From Mobula hypostoma (Eukaryota), in contig NC_086097.1 in assembly GCF_963921235.1 (NCBI RefSeq), forward strand, positions 55,244,001 to 55,308,000: a stretch of DNA of 64,000 nucleotides, in the 5' to 3' direction. The notes below the pieces were generated by a model. The model made no database searches. It worked only from the letters and a program-made list of their open reading frames with translations, and was not told the DNA's origin. Below, piece by piece: positions 12,770-25,764 of this stretch (the first letter of the stretch is position 1; each line of letters starts with the position of its first letter). Both the position numbers and the translations under genes were made by a program.

Positions 12770-14050
12770 GTTACAGAATCAATTACTAAGGAATTATCAG
12801 TACATTTGGAAAATAATCTAACCAGAATCAGCAAAGCTTCATGAAGGGAAAATGGTGTCTGACAATTTGAGTTTTTAAATCCTGACTAAAGTGGATTGAT
12901 GGGAACTAGCTGATGTATTTGGATTTTCAGAAGACAGCAAGGCCTTCATTAAGAAAATATTAAGTTATTAGAGCCCAAGATGTTGGAGGATTGGCATGGT
13001 TCAAGGATTAACTAGCAGGCAGGAAGCAGTGAGTAGAAATAAGGTCATTTTCATATTAGCGGTTTTGGTCTAGTGTGGTGCAGACAGAAAACTATGGATG
13101 CTACAGTGGTTTGCTTTCTTCAAATCTATTGTAAATGTATAATAGCCAAATTTGTGGATTGCCCTAAATTGGGTGTGAAAAAAAGTTGAGACGGGAAGAC
13201 AAGTCATTTACATAAAAATTTATAAGTTAGATGGGCGACCAAATGTTGGCAAAGGGAATAAAATATGAAATCCTTCATTTTGGAAGGAAGAACAAAAGTG
13301 CTATTTAAATGGAGGGAAATTGCATATTTAGTGCTCATGCACACACCACGAAACCAGTGCAAGAGCAGCAGGTAGGAATGAACGCTGATGGAATGGGTTG
13401 GAATATAAAAGATAAGTCTTACAGGAACCATGCAAGGCATGAGTGAGGTCACATTTAGAATGATGTGAATAATTCTGGTTTCTAAGAAAAGAGATTATTT
13501 ATTTGAAGCTGGATGATGCTGGTTAAAGTGATTGTCCTACAAGGAAAGGTTAAACCATTTGGGACTCATTAAAGTTTGGAAGAATCAAAGACAGTCTTAT
13601 TGAAAGATTGATGACTAGATGATAAACGCTGAGAGGAAGCACAAGATTGCAGATGCTGAACCTGGAGCAAAATATAAATTGCTGGAAAAACTGAGTCAAG
13701 TAACATCTTTGGAGGCAAAATCGATGTCAATGTTTTGGATCAATATCTTGACAGGAATACAGTGCCAGAATGTTTCCTCTCGTGAAAAATATCTGCAATC
13801 AGGAGAGCATGATTTAAGAATAAAGCGTTCCAATCTAAGATTGATTTTCTTCTAAGGGTTTTGAATCTTTAACACTTCTTGCCACAAAGAACTGTAGGAG
13901 CAGAGTCTTCAGGCATATTTATTACATTTCTAATCAGTAAAAGAATCGAGAGTAATGAGGAAATTGGTCTGATTAGAAAAGCTGTCGAATGGCAGTGTTA
14001 TCTAGAGGGGCTGGTTGGTTTATTCTTGTTCCGACTACTAATGGTTTTAA
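12770..14050 (+). mobile_element. Highly degraded CR1 LINE with a PLE-terminus remnant at ~13635-13760
   Basis: Remnants of the QHGF.KGKSCLTNL and VYLDFQKAF coding motifs and of the CR1 3' end. Confidence 0.6.
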
Positions 14051-15054
14051 TTTCCTCAAGGGTATCCAGAGGACTTTCTCAATGATTCCAATATAAACAC
14101 TAACACACTAACTGAATATTTAAATTTAGTTAACTCAAAGATAAAAAGCTATTTGATCATAAGAATAAATTGCTGGTTGAAAAATAAACATCTGGTGTGT
14201 TAACATCCTTTAAGGAAGGTAATCTGCTGTCCCTGGCTGCTCTGGGCCTTGGGCTTAAAGAGAAGTGTTGACTTTTAATATCTCTCCGTCTGAACTCACC
14301 TAACAAGCAGTTCGTTTTAGGGTTATGTGGCATGTATCCTTTGAAAAATAAATGTAAAAGATGACTTGGGACACAGAAAGAGAAAATGTTTGTAAGGAAA
14401 CAAAAAAATTGTGCTTGCTAATGTGTTTTTATGTTACCATTTAGACCTCTTAATAGTTTAATAATAGACATTAAAATCTCTTATTCTGTTTTCAATTAAC
14501 TTTAATTGATGTCCTGAATAGTGATGTCATGACCAATGTAATTTGCAAAATAATGTTACACGTGTTGTATCTTTAATATTGTTGCTTCCTTTTGTTTCTA
14601 CACATGCATACCAAAACCATTTTTACCCTAATGCATTTTCTAATTTTAGTAGATGTGGAGTATTTCTTGATAAAGAAGTGTTTGCAGAGAATGGATGCAT
14701 TAGTTCTTGTCATCCAAAATCACTAATTTGGAAAGGAATTCCAGCAAGTACACTTCCTATTGTCATCAGATACGGAAAGGAAAAAATAGAATCTTATTAG
14801 GCAGTCAACAACAGTTGCTGGGAAATAGTGGAATCATTGAAGGAAGTGATACAGAGGAGGTTATACAATTGAGTAGAGTCAGCATAGTTTGATGAAAGGG
14901 AACTCATATTTATCAACTTATTGAAGATATTTGAAACTAACAGGATGGATATATGGGATCCAATGGATACACTTTTTGGATTCACAAAAGCCATTTGATA
15001 TATAGAAAGTGAACTCTAGTGGAGTTGATTAAAATACTATTTTGATTAGTATTA

Positions 15055-15940
15055 TACACAGTGGCCACTTTAGGCACACCTGCTTGTTAATGCAATTATC
15101 TAATCAGTCAATTATGTAGCAGCACCTTCATGCATAAAAGCATGTAGAAATGGTCAAGAGGTTCAGTTGATGTTCAGATCAAATATCAGAATGGGGAAGA
15201 AATGTGATCTGAGTGACTTTGACTGTGGAATGACTGTTGGTGCCAGACTGGGTGGTTTGAACATCTCAGAGACTGCTGATCTGCTGGAGCCCCTCCTCTT
15301 TCCCTTTCTCCCAAGGTTGACTCTCCTATCAGATTCCTTCTTCTCTAGTCCTTTACCTTTTCTACCACTCACCTCCTAGCTTCTTACTTCATAACCTCCC
15401 CCATACACACGCCTTTACCAATCACCACTAGCTTGTACTCCTTCCCTTCTCCCAACGTTATTCTGACTTTTGTTCTTCCTTTTCAGTACTGATGGAGGGT
15501 CTCAGCCCAAAATGTTGACTGTTTATTCACGTCCCTAGATGCTGACTGGCCTGCTGAGATCCTCCAGCATTTTGTGTGTGTTGCTCTGGATTTCCAGCAT
15601 CTGCAAAATCTCTTGTCTTTATGATTTCTTGGATTTTTCATGCAAAATTGTCTCCAGAGATAACAGGGAATGGTGTGAAAAACAAAAAAAACTGGCAGTT
15701 CTGTTGGTGAAAGTGCTCTGCTAATGAGAAAGGTCAGAGGAGGATGGCCAGACTGGTTCAAGCTTGATGCGAAGGTGACAGTAACTTAGTCATGTGTTAC
15801 AACAGTGGTGTGTCTGTGTGTCTGTCTGAACTCTCAACATGTTGAAGCTTGAAGTTGATGGGTGCTAAGAGAAGACCGTGAATGTACTCTTAACGGTCAC
15901 TTTACCATGTACAACATGTACCTAATATAGTGACTGTATA
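15055..15940 (+). mobile_element. Non-autonomous Tc1 derivative interrupted by a PLE 3' fragment (~15290-15620)
   Basis: CAGTGGCCACTTT TIR-like start; MGKKCDLSDFDCGMTVGARLGGLNISETADLL is a Tc1 paired-like N-terminus; degenerate hammerhead at ~15484-15521. Confidence 0.75.
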
Positions 15941-15952
15941 TTCACTATGTAT

Positions 15953-16725
15953 TAGAATCAGGTTTAATACCACTGGCACGCATTGTGAAATTTGTTTGCA
16001 GTAGTAGTACATTATATACATTTCTTATTATATAGTTTATGTATTGTAAACAATTAAATTTAGTGCAGAAAATAATGAGGTAGTGTGCATGAGTTCAGTG
16101 TCCATTCAGAAAACCGATGGTGGAAGGGAAGAAGCTGTCCCTAAAATGTTGAGTGTGTCTTCAGGATCCTGTACTACCACCTTGATGGTAGTAGTGAGAA
16201 GGGGGCATGCCCTGGGTAAAGCAAGTGCTTAATGATTTGTGGCCAACTTTTTGAGGCATCACCTTTTGAAGGTGTCCTCAGTGCTGGGGAGGCTAGTGCC
16301 CATGATGGAGCTGGCTGAGTTCGCAGCTTTCTGCAGCTTTTTTCAATCCTGTGCAGTGGCTTCTCTATACCAGACGGTAGTGCAACCATTTAGAATGCTC
16401 TCCACAGTGCATCTGTAGAAATTTGCCAGTCTTTGGTGATGTACCAAGTCTCCTAAAACTTCTAATGAAATATCATCACTGTCATGCCTTCTTTATAATT
16501 GCATCAATATGTTGGGCTGAGGATATGTTGAGATGTCCTCGGAGATATTGACACCCAAGAAATTGAAACTGCTTATCTTTTCCACTGATGATCCCTCAGT
16601 GAGGTCTGGTGTGCATTTCCTCACCTCCCCTTCCTGAAGTCCATGATCAATTCCTTAGTCTTACTGACGTTTGAGTGCAAGGTTGTTGTTGCAGCACCAC
16701 TCAACTAGCTGATCTATCTCACTCA
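15953..16725 (-). mobile_element. Rex1-type LINE 3' fragment
   Basis: AGAATCAGGTTTAAT tail (reverse orientation); ORF remnant ...HLLYPGHAPFSLLPS. Confidence 0.75.
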
Positions 16726-17184
16726 TGGGTGGCAAAAGTAGTTCCATGTGAAGTTGGAGAGACTATCAGATGTGCAGTAGGAGTGGTAACGTTTGCATGC
16801 GATTAATTCCTATAAAACAAAACCTAATGGCATAAATGGCTGTGATGCTTCACTCACCAATGTGCTCAACATCTTTTACTTATGCTTTGAAAGGGGGAAT
16901 AAGACTAGAACTGTGTGAATCTCCACTGCATCTGGTGACCCTGTGATTTGTCTTGGGAGGCTGGTGTCAGAGGATCCTTCAAGAGACATCAGGCCCTGGT
17001 GGTGGACATGGTAGGATACTGGAAACCCATGCTGAACAACTGGTTGGAGTGTTCAAAGACATCCTTAATCTTTCACTGCTGCAGTAGGAGGCTCTCCCTT
17101 ACTTCAAAAGAGCATCAATCATACCAGTGCCCATGCTTCAATGACTACTGCCTAGCAACTGTCATCTACTGTGAAGTACTTTGA

Positions 17185-20100
17185 ATTGAATTGACTTTCT
17201 TACATCCTTTGCATACATGAGGAGTAAAAATCTTCACGTTATGTCTTCGTCTAAATGTGTAATCATAGTAGTTTAATAAATAGAACAGTCAATGCAACAT
17301 AAACACGCTGATTTGAATGTATTTTTATCAGTCTAATGGTCTGGTGGAAGAAGTTGTCCTGCAGGTGGATGTTTGAAAGCAAAGGACAGTACCATTATCA
17401 TCGAAAAAAATGAGATTATGAACAGATGGACTGAGTATATTCAGTAATTGTTTGAAGACAATCGAGGCCAAAAACCAGAAATTAAGAAGAACATTGAAGA
17501 TCCAAGTATTATAAAATCTGAAGTTCTTAATGCAATAAATAAGATGAAGAAAGGAAAGGCAGTAGGTCCTGATGAATTAGTAATAGAACAAATTATCGCC
17601 CTTGAAGATTATGAAATTGAAAAACTTACAGATTTAATCAATGACATTTATGAGACAAATAATATCAAAAGAGATGAAAAAATCAGTATTTATCACTCTT
17701 TGTAAGAAACCTGGAGCAATAGAATGTGAATTATGTAGGACCATAAGTTTAATGAGTCATATCACCAAGATACTTCTAAGAATTTTGACAAGAGCTAAAA
17801 GTAAGATACAAGCTGAAATAGGTAAAGAACAATGTGTTTTTGTGAAAGACAAAGGTACAAGAAATGTGATATTGATCTTAAGGATACTATCAGAACGAGC
17901 TATTCAAGTGCAAAAAGATTTGTTCGTTTTATTGACTACACAGAAGTATTTGATAAAGTGAAGCACAATAAATTATTTGAAATATTACAGGAAACTCTAG
18001 ATCTAGATTCAAAAGACCTCTGCCTAATCAGAAATCTGTACTGGGAATAAACTGCCACTGTAAGAACAGATGGAGAAGTGAGTCAGTTTGCTAAAATCAA
18101 GAGAGGCATTAGACAAGGGTGTGTTTTCTCCCCTGATTTGTTTAATAAACAAATATTACAAAATTACAATATTACAAAAAATAAGAGACATCTTGGGAAT
18201 CAAAGTTGGCGGTGAAAACATCAATAGTTTTAGATGTGCAGATGACAATGTGTTATTTGCAAGTATGGAGGAAGAACTACAAAACTTAATGGATATAGTT
18301 GTTGCAGGAAGTGGAAAATGGGTCTATGTATCAATTGCAAAAAGACAATGTATGGTGATATCCAAAAAGAAGGAGAATCCTATCTGCAGGCTGAGAATAA
18401 ACGAAGACATAAAACAAGTACAGAACTTTTGCTACTTAAGAAGCTGGGTGACATCAGATGGCAGGTGTGACATGGACATCAAAAGAAGAATAGGGATGGC
18501 AAAAGACACCTTTAGGAGAATGAAGAGTATACTGACCAACACTAAACTAGGCATGCCAACCCGCCTCAGAGCACAGAAATGTTACCTTTATCCAGTTACG
18601 TTATTTGGCTCAGAATACTGGACAACGTCTAGTAACACGAGGAAACAAACTGAAGCAGCAGAGATGTGATTTTTGAGGAGGATGCAAAGAATATCATGGA
18701 TGAAACGAATATCTAATGAGGATGTCATGAACAGAGCAAGCACAAAAAGAGAAATAATGTATGAGATCATGAAAAGGCAACGTAACTTCATTGGACATGT
18801 GATCAGGAAAGAGGAGTTAGAATGCACGGTAATTATGGGAAAGATTGAAGGGAAGAAAGCAAGAGGAAGGCAAAGACAAATGATGATGGAGACAGCAGCC
18901 AGAGAACTGGAAATGAATACCAATGAATTGATCCACTTGACTCAAAACAGGAAGTGTGGGCCATGGCAGTCAAAGCTCAAACTGGGCACGGCACCTGATG
19001 ATGAATATTATTGTTTCCTGGATGGTAGCAGCTGGAATAGATTGTGGTTGGAGTGACTCGGGTCCCCAATGATCCTATGGGCCCTTTTTACACACCTGTA
19101 AATGTCCTGAATCATGGGAAGTTCACATCCACAGATGCGCTGGGCTGTCCACACCACTCTCTGTGGAGTCCTGCGATTAAGGGAGGTACATTTCCCATAC
19201 CAGGCAGTGATGCAGCCAGTCAGGATGCTCTCAATTGTGCCCCTGTTTAAAGTTCTTAGGATTTGGGGGTCCATACCAACTTCTTCAACCGTCTGAGGTG
19301 AAAGAGGCACAGACCACATGAGGTCCTCGGTGATGTGGATGCTGAGGAACTTAAAGCTGTTTACCCTCTCAACCCCAGATCTATTGATATCAATAGGAGT
19401 TAGCCTGTCTCCATTCCTCCTGTAATCCACAAACAGTTCCTTTGTTTTTGTGACATCGAGGGAGGGGTTGTTTTCTTGACACCATGTTAGAGAGATGATT
19501 TTTTCCCTATAGGTCACCTCATTATTGTTTGAGATAAGGCCAATCAATGTAGTGTCATCAGCAAATTTAGTTAGCAGATTAGAGCTGTGGGTGGCGATAC
19601 AGTCATGGGTATACAGGGAGTAAAGGAGGGGACTCGGTACACACCCCTGAAGGGCTCCTGTATTGAGAATCAGAGGGGTGATGCTGGTGATCTGACCGGA
19701 AATCCAGGATCCTGCTGCATAAGGCAGGGTAAAGGCTGAGGTCTCTGAGCTGCCTGTCGAGTCTGGTGTTGAATGCTGATCTGTAGTCCAAGAACAGCAT
19801 TCTCACTTGAGCATCCTTCTTCTCCTGATGTGTAAGGACGGTGTGTAGAGCTGAAGCTATTGCGTCATCTGTCGATCGGTTGTGTCGGTATGCGAATTGT
19901 AGGGGGTCCAGTGTGGGTGGTAGCATGCTGCAGATGTAATCCTTGACCAGCCTCTCAAAGCATTTGCTTATTATTGAGATGAGTGTAACAGGACACCAGT
20001 CGTCAGGCATGTTACCTTGGTCTTTTTTGGTATAGTGACAATGGTGGATAATTTGAAGCAGCAAGGCTCTCTGCACTGGGAGAGGGAGAGATTAAAAATG

Positions 20101-20351
20101 TCTGTAAACACACCTGCCAGTTGTGCTGCGCACATCCTGAGTACTCGCCCTGGAATGCCGTCAGGTCCTGCAGCCTTGTGACTGTCCACTCGTTGGAAAC
20201 ATCTGCGTACCTCAGCCTCAGAGATGACCAGGCTGCGGGTTGTAGTGGTGGCTTTGCTTGGAAGCTCAGAGTTAGCGACATCAAACCGAGCTTAAAAGTG
20301 ATTGAGCTCATCTGGGAGAGAGGCCGCAATGTTGGTGGCACCATGACGTTC
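17185..20351 (-). mobile_element. Rex1-type LINE (RT fragments) split by an RTE insertion and nested in another Rex1-type LINE
   Basis: ORFs [44 protein letters not shown]; (TTCAA)n-type tail at 17185; 23-bp near-duplication at 17162-17184 and 20352-20374. Confidence 0.8.
17365..19005 (+). mobile_element. RTE-clade LINE, 5' truncated and frameshifted
   Basis: GKAVGPDE, RTISLMSHITKILLRIL, FIDYTEVFDKVKH, RCADD, GKIEGKKARGRQR; (TGA)n tail. Confidence 0.88.
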
Positions 20352-21240
20352 TCATCTACTGTGGAGTGCTTTGAGAGGTTGGTCATGGGTAGAATTAACT
20401 GCAGCCTGAGCAAGGACCTGGACCATTTGCCTGCTGCACAATAGGTCTACATGGGTCTATACATAGATCTATAATAGGTCTATAAATTCACCAATGACAC
20501 CTCTTGTTGGCAGAATCTCAGATGGCGACAAGGAGACAATTGAGTGGTGTCGCAACAACAATCTCGCACACAGCATCAGCAGAACCAGGGAACTGTTTGT
20601 GGATTTCAGGAAGGGGAAGTTCGAATAACACACACCAGTCCTCATTGAGGAGTCAGCAGTGGAAATGACGAACAGCTTTAGATTCCTGGGCGTCAACAGC
20701 ACAGAGGATCTATCCTGGGCTCAACAAGTTGATACAATCATGAAGAAGAAATGCCAGTGGTGATAATTCATTAGGGAGTTTGCGGAGATTTGGTATGTCA
20801 CTGCAGACTCGAGCAAATTTGTACAGATGTATGGGGGAGAGCTTTATGACTGTTTACATGGCTGCCTAGTATGGAGGCTCCAATGCATAGGATCAAAAGA
20901 AGCATCCTCAGCCAGCTCCACCACGTGCACAAAGCTGCCCTATTATAAAGGTTATCTTCGAAAGGAGGTGACCTCCATCATTAAGGATCCTCACCATCTG
21001 GGTCATAACCCCTTTTCATTACTAGCACCAGGAAGGAGATATAGGAGCCTCAAGACCCATATCTGAGGTTTACAAACGGTTCATCCCCTCTGCCATTAGG
21101 TTTCTGAATGACCCATGAACACTACCTTGCTATTCTTCTTTCCACTTCTTGTTTATTATAACTTAAAATAAATGTTTTGACTGGCACTATTGCTGCCATA
21201 AAACAACAAATTTCATGAAATATGGCAAAGATAATATATC
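20352..21240 (+). mobile_element. Degraded Rex1-type LINE (5' piece at ~17095-17184)
   Basis: ECFERLVM and IIKDPHHLGH...GRRYRSL motifs. Confidence 0.7.
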
Positions 21241-21866
21241 TAATTAGATTATGAAGACACGTAGTCCTCTTTTATTGTTATTTAGTAATGCATGCATTAA
21301 GAAATGATACAATAGTTCCTCTGGTGTGATATCACAAAACACAGGACAGACCAAGACTGAAAAACTGACAAAACCACATAATTATAACATATAGTTACAA
21401 AAGTGCAACAACACCATAACTTGATGAAGAAGTCCATGAGCACAGTAAAAGTTCAAAGTCTCTCAAATCTCCCACATCTCACGCAGACGGGAGAAGGAAG
21501 AAAAACTCTCCCTGTCACGCTGACCACAGTCTGACTCTGAGTCATCCGAAAACTTCGAGCTCTGATCAACTCTCCGATACCGAGTACTGAGCGCCATCTC
21601 TGTCCGAACAATTCGACCTCAGTCTCGGTCGCCAACGGCAAGTAAAGCCGGTGATTTTGAGGCCTACCCTCCGAAAGATTCCCGACCACACAGTAACAAC
21701 AGCAGTGAACGAGCGTTTCAGAAATTTCTCTAGATGTTCCTCTGTGCTTTCACGTCCACTCTCCATCAAATCAGAATTGTCCATGGCCCCTATTTAACAG
21801 ATACAACATCATTTTTCACCGAAGGGCTGCGCTGGCGCAGGTGCACTGCTCTCTCTCCTCCCGCCT
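21241..21866 (-). mobile_element. Short non-autonomous retroposon with a Rex1-like 3' tail
   Basis: CpG-rich 5' part beginning GGCGGGAGGAGAGAG on minus; AATAAAAGAGGAC...(TAATC)n tail; no ORF. Confidence 0.55.
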
Positions 21867-22074
21867 TACTATAAATACAGACGTATCAAAGTAAAGGATA
21901 AACAATTTTCACATTGGTGGACTACAACTGCTGGATACATTGGGAAAAATTGCTCGGACCTTGGCTACTTACAACAACATATTAATGATTAAAAGGGACC
22001 CAAATGAAAGGTATCCCTGTTTTTTTGAGGAAATGTCATAGATGGGAAAGAAGGAAATGGTGCCTTCAGAGGTG

Positions 22075-22370
22075 TACGGTAATATCCTGATAATCAGATG
22101 CTTGGGATTTTGGTGCAGAACTGGCAGGTTTTCTGCCCATTGGGGATTATTGCTGAAGATACCCCAAACACAGTTTTAATTTACTTTTTTTTAGATCTTA
22201 CAAGTATTATAAATTTTCAATGAGCCAGGTAAGTTCAAAGAGAACCAGGGCCCCAATAATTGGAAATGGATAACAGGAGTTAAGGTTAAGGGGAATGCAG
22301 TAAATGTCACTTGGTGAATGACCCAAATTTCAGGATCATCAGACAGCAGATTATTAGAGTTTTACTATGT
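22075..22370. mobile_element. Possible degenerate MITE inside CR1 remnants (~21950-23060)
   Basis: TACGGTAATATCCTGATAATC ... GATTATTAGAGTTTTTACTATGTA imperfect inverted ends. Confidence 0.4.
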
Positions 22371-23255
22371 ACATGTTGGATGAGTGGATAAAAAAAACTG
22401 GTAGCTAATATATATCATGTGAGAAGAAAAGTTGAGTGCCGGTAAAATAGTATAAGATTAATAAATCTTTGTTCAGGGAAATCTGGATATCTTTGAACAA
22501 GATAGATAGAAATAGCTTGCAGGCGCAGCAAGTAACCAAGGTACCTAATGGGATGATAGTATGGAGAGCAAGTCTTGCTACAGCTCTGCAAGGTTTTGCT
22601 GAGACCACAGTTGACTTACAGTCTGCACTTTTGTCATCTTATTTAAGGTCTTTTAGAAGTGGTGCAACAAAGGTTCACAATATTGATTCCTGTGATAAGA
22701 AGGTTGACTGATGAGAGGAGATTGAGCAGCATGGGCCCAAACAGTATGGAGTTTGGAAGAAAAAGAGACACTTTCATTGCAACCTGAGAATATGAGCAGG
22801 CTTCACAAGGTGCATGCAGTAAGTTAGATATTATCAACAAGGGAGCCTAAAATCTAGTGTATATATCTCTGCATCTCAGACTGAGATGTGGAGGAATTTC
22901 TTTAAGGTTAATAAACCTTTGGAATTCTCTACTCAATAAAGATGTGGGTGTGGAGCAAATTTAAGGCTGAATGAGAACTTTTAAACATGGGGGAATTGAG
23001 TGCAGGGAAATTGAACTCCATCTAAATGGAAAGAGATCAGATGAAGTATGATCTTATTAAATATCACAGCGGTTCATGTTTTACTTAATATTGTGTTACT
23101 GTGTTATGAAACACATTTTTGCAATGCAAAAGATTGTTCAGAAGGATATGTTACATAAAAAAGTTCAAATTATCAAAATGACATTTACCAGAATGGTGAT
23201 GTACAAGAGTAAGGAAATGCTTCTGCAACAGGGCTTTGAGATTATATTTGGATAC

Positions 23256-23662
23256 AGTTGTTGCGTGAATGAAATCACTGGGGAGAGAGAGAGAGTTAGG
23301 TAGATACAAAGCAGCTTCTTTATTGGACAAAACCAGGTACAGCAAGCATTATACTGAGATGCTTTCGGGGGAAAGGTCTGCTGGCCTAACGTGGGGCTCA
23401 ATATTTATTTGCGAAACACAAAGGACAATTCTATATTTACAAGTATAGACAATGCTTTCTTTTGAAGCTACGTACAAACTTCACACCTTCTGATTCGTAT
23501 CCATCCCACAGGCACCAGCAGCATCCCTGGACTGGGATTCACAGCTTTTAGGAAGTGCATTGTTACAAACTAAATCCACGATACATTGTCAAGGAACGGA
23601 AGACTGGTGGCCAAAGCCATTTGCTAAATGTAAATGACCTAAACCCAAAAATCACTCTAGCA
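23256..23662 (-). mobile_element. Solo LTR
   Basis: 5-bp TSD GATAC (23251-23255 and 23663-23667); ...CA end; AATAAA on minus; homologous to 46994-47954. Confidence 0.75.
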
Positions 23663-23991
23663 GATACTACAGTTAATGTGAAGAATTCATCACTACCAGT
23701 GGTTAAATTTGTTGAGGTGTCCCTGCACTCAGCAATAGTTTGAATGTTTCAGATGAGGTGAAAGGGTTTGCACCTGAATGCACTCCTTGCATGGTTTAAC
23801 TTGTCTGTGAAAGTATCCAGCTTTTCCTGTCTATGGACCAAATCACTTGTCTGTACTCCTCAGGTGCCACTAAGAATTGTAATTAATGGTCTCCCAGATT
23901 CTCTCGAAAAGGGAACCATCAGTAACTAATCAACACACATAAAAGTTGCTGGTGAACGCAGCAGGCCAGGCAGCATCTATAGGAAGAGGCG

Positions 23992-24029
23992 CAGTCGACG
24001 TTTCAGGCCGAGACCCTTCGTCAGGACTA
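23992..24029 (-). ncRNA. Minimal type I hammerhead ribozyme motif
   Basis: Mirror copy of 24823-24860 with intact CUGACGA and GAAACGUC core. Confidence 0.75.
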
Positions 24030-24822
24030 ACTGAAGGAAGAGTGAGTAAGGGATTTGAAAGCTGGAGGGGGAGGGGGAGATGCAAAATGATAGGAGAAGA
24101 CAGGAGGGGGAGGGATAGAGCCGAGAGCTGGACAGGTGATAGGCAAAAGGGGATACGAGAGGATCATGGGACAGGAGGCCTAGGGAGAAAGACGGGGGGG
24201 GGTGACCCAGAGGATGGGCAAGAGGTATATTCAGAGGGACAGAGGGAGAAAAAGGAGAGTGAGAGAAAGAATGTGTGCATAAAAAGGAGTAACAGCTGGG
24301 GTACGAGGGGGAGGTGGGGCCTAGCAGAAGTTAGAGAAGTCAATGTTCACGCCATCAGGTTGGAGGCTACCCAGACGGAATATAAGGTGTTGTTCCTCCA
24401 ACCTGAGTGTGGCTTCATCTCCACAGCAGAGGAGGCCGTGGACAGACACGTCAGAATGGGAACACCTTATATTCCGTCTGGGTAGCCTCCAACCTGATGG
24501 CGTGAACATTGACTTCTCTAACTTCTGCTAGGCCCCACCTCCCCCTCGTACCCCAGCTGTTACTCCTTTTTATGCACACATTCTTTCTCTCACTCTCCTT
24601 TTTCTCCCTCTGTCCCTCTGAATATACCTCTTGCCCATCCTCTGGGTCACCCCCCCCCGTCTTTCTCCCTAGGCCTCCTGTCCCATGATCCTCTCGTATC
24701 CCCTTTTGCCTATCACCTGTCCAGCTCTCGGCGCTATCCCTCCCCCTCCTGTCTTCTCCTATCATTTTGCATCTCCCCCTCCCCCTCCAGCTTTCAAATC
24801 CCTTACTCACTCTTCCTTCAGT

Positions 24823-24860
24823 TAGTCCTGACGAAGGGTCTCGGCCTGAAACGTCGACTG
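24823..24860 (+). ncRNA. Minimal type I hammerhead ribozyme motif
   Basis: Stem I AGUC/GACU, core CUGACGA (24828-24834), GC-rich stem II, GAAACGUC (24848-24855) with collapsed palindromic stem III; predicted cleavage after C24855. Confidence 0.78.
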
Positions 24861-25764
24861 CGCCTCTTCCTATAGATGCTGCCTGGCCTGCTGCGTTCAC
24901 CAGCAACTTTTATGTGTGTTGCTTAAATTTCCAGCATCTGCAGAATTCCTGTTGTTTACATCAGTAACTAATGTTTATCTTGATGTTTCAGGTGTTTATA
25001 TATCCAACTTGCCCGCTTCTCATCCTTCAATCCCATTTAAAGGGTCTTTAGCCTAGAGAGATCATATACTGTCTTCTCAACTTTTATATTAAGCCTTTTT
25101 TTTAAATTTCTGTGTGAGAAATTGAGATTCTGTTTCGTCAGGTCTGAATATCAACCCTAAATGTAGGGCAAATTTACCCATCATTTTTGCCCTTCTGTCT
25201 CAACACAAGGTGGCACTGCTGCTCCTCCAGACTTGGCTCATGAACGAGCTGAAGTAAAGATTTTATCCAATTGTTCATATCTCTCTGATTCTCTTCTCAT
25301 CTTGTCCCTTTCTCATGTATCCAATCTAAGGCATTTCTGTGTCATCACTGAAGAAATTGCATATCGAAATTTAATTTTGTTATTCAAGTGATGTCAAAGA
25401 TTTGACGCAGCCTGAGTTAAAAACCTGTGGATCTAAGAAAGAATATATGGGTTTCAGTCAGACCACTGCAGTCTGAAAAATCCACATCTAGTTATTTTTG
25501 CCTGGGCTGGCCCCACAATGGTATATTGTGATAAAGTTGACCCCTAGTAAAAATCAGGAGAACATGAAAATAGCTCAAAATCAGGAGTTTTTAATCAATA
25601 CAGATTTGGGCACACTCCAGCTTGTGGGATTAAAACACTCTAGTTATGCTATAATATTGGTGAGGGTATCAGTAAATGCACCTGGAGCCACAGCCACCTT
25701 ATGGGGAGTGAGACAAAACTTATAAAGCCAGTGAAGAAGTTTTTTTTTACATTCAGAGGATGAT

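Larger units (their letters stand above)
23931..24958. mobile_element. Young palindromic Penelope-like insertion (461-bp inverted arms, 69-bp spacer, 37-bp tail)
   Basis: Arms 23931-24391 and 24461-24921 near-identical; TSD CATCAGTAACTAAT at 23917-23930 and 24959-24972; GIY-YIG C-terminus EQHLIFRLGSLQPDGVN. Confidence 0.93.

Noticed and set aside
23946..24906. Twin 179-aa and 151-aa ORFs (MLVNAAGQAAS...) on opposite strands
   Set aside because: Antisense read-through of the purine-rich PLE pseudo-LTR, duplicated by the palindrome; no domain features
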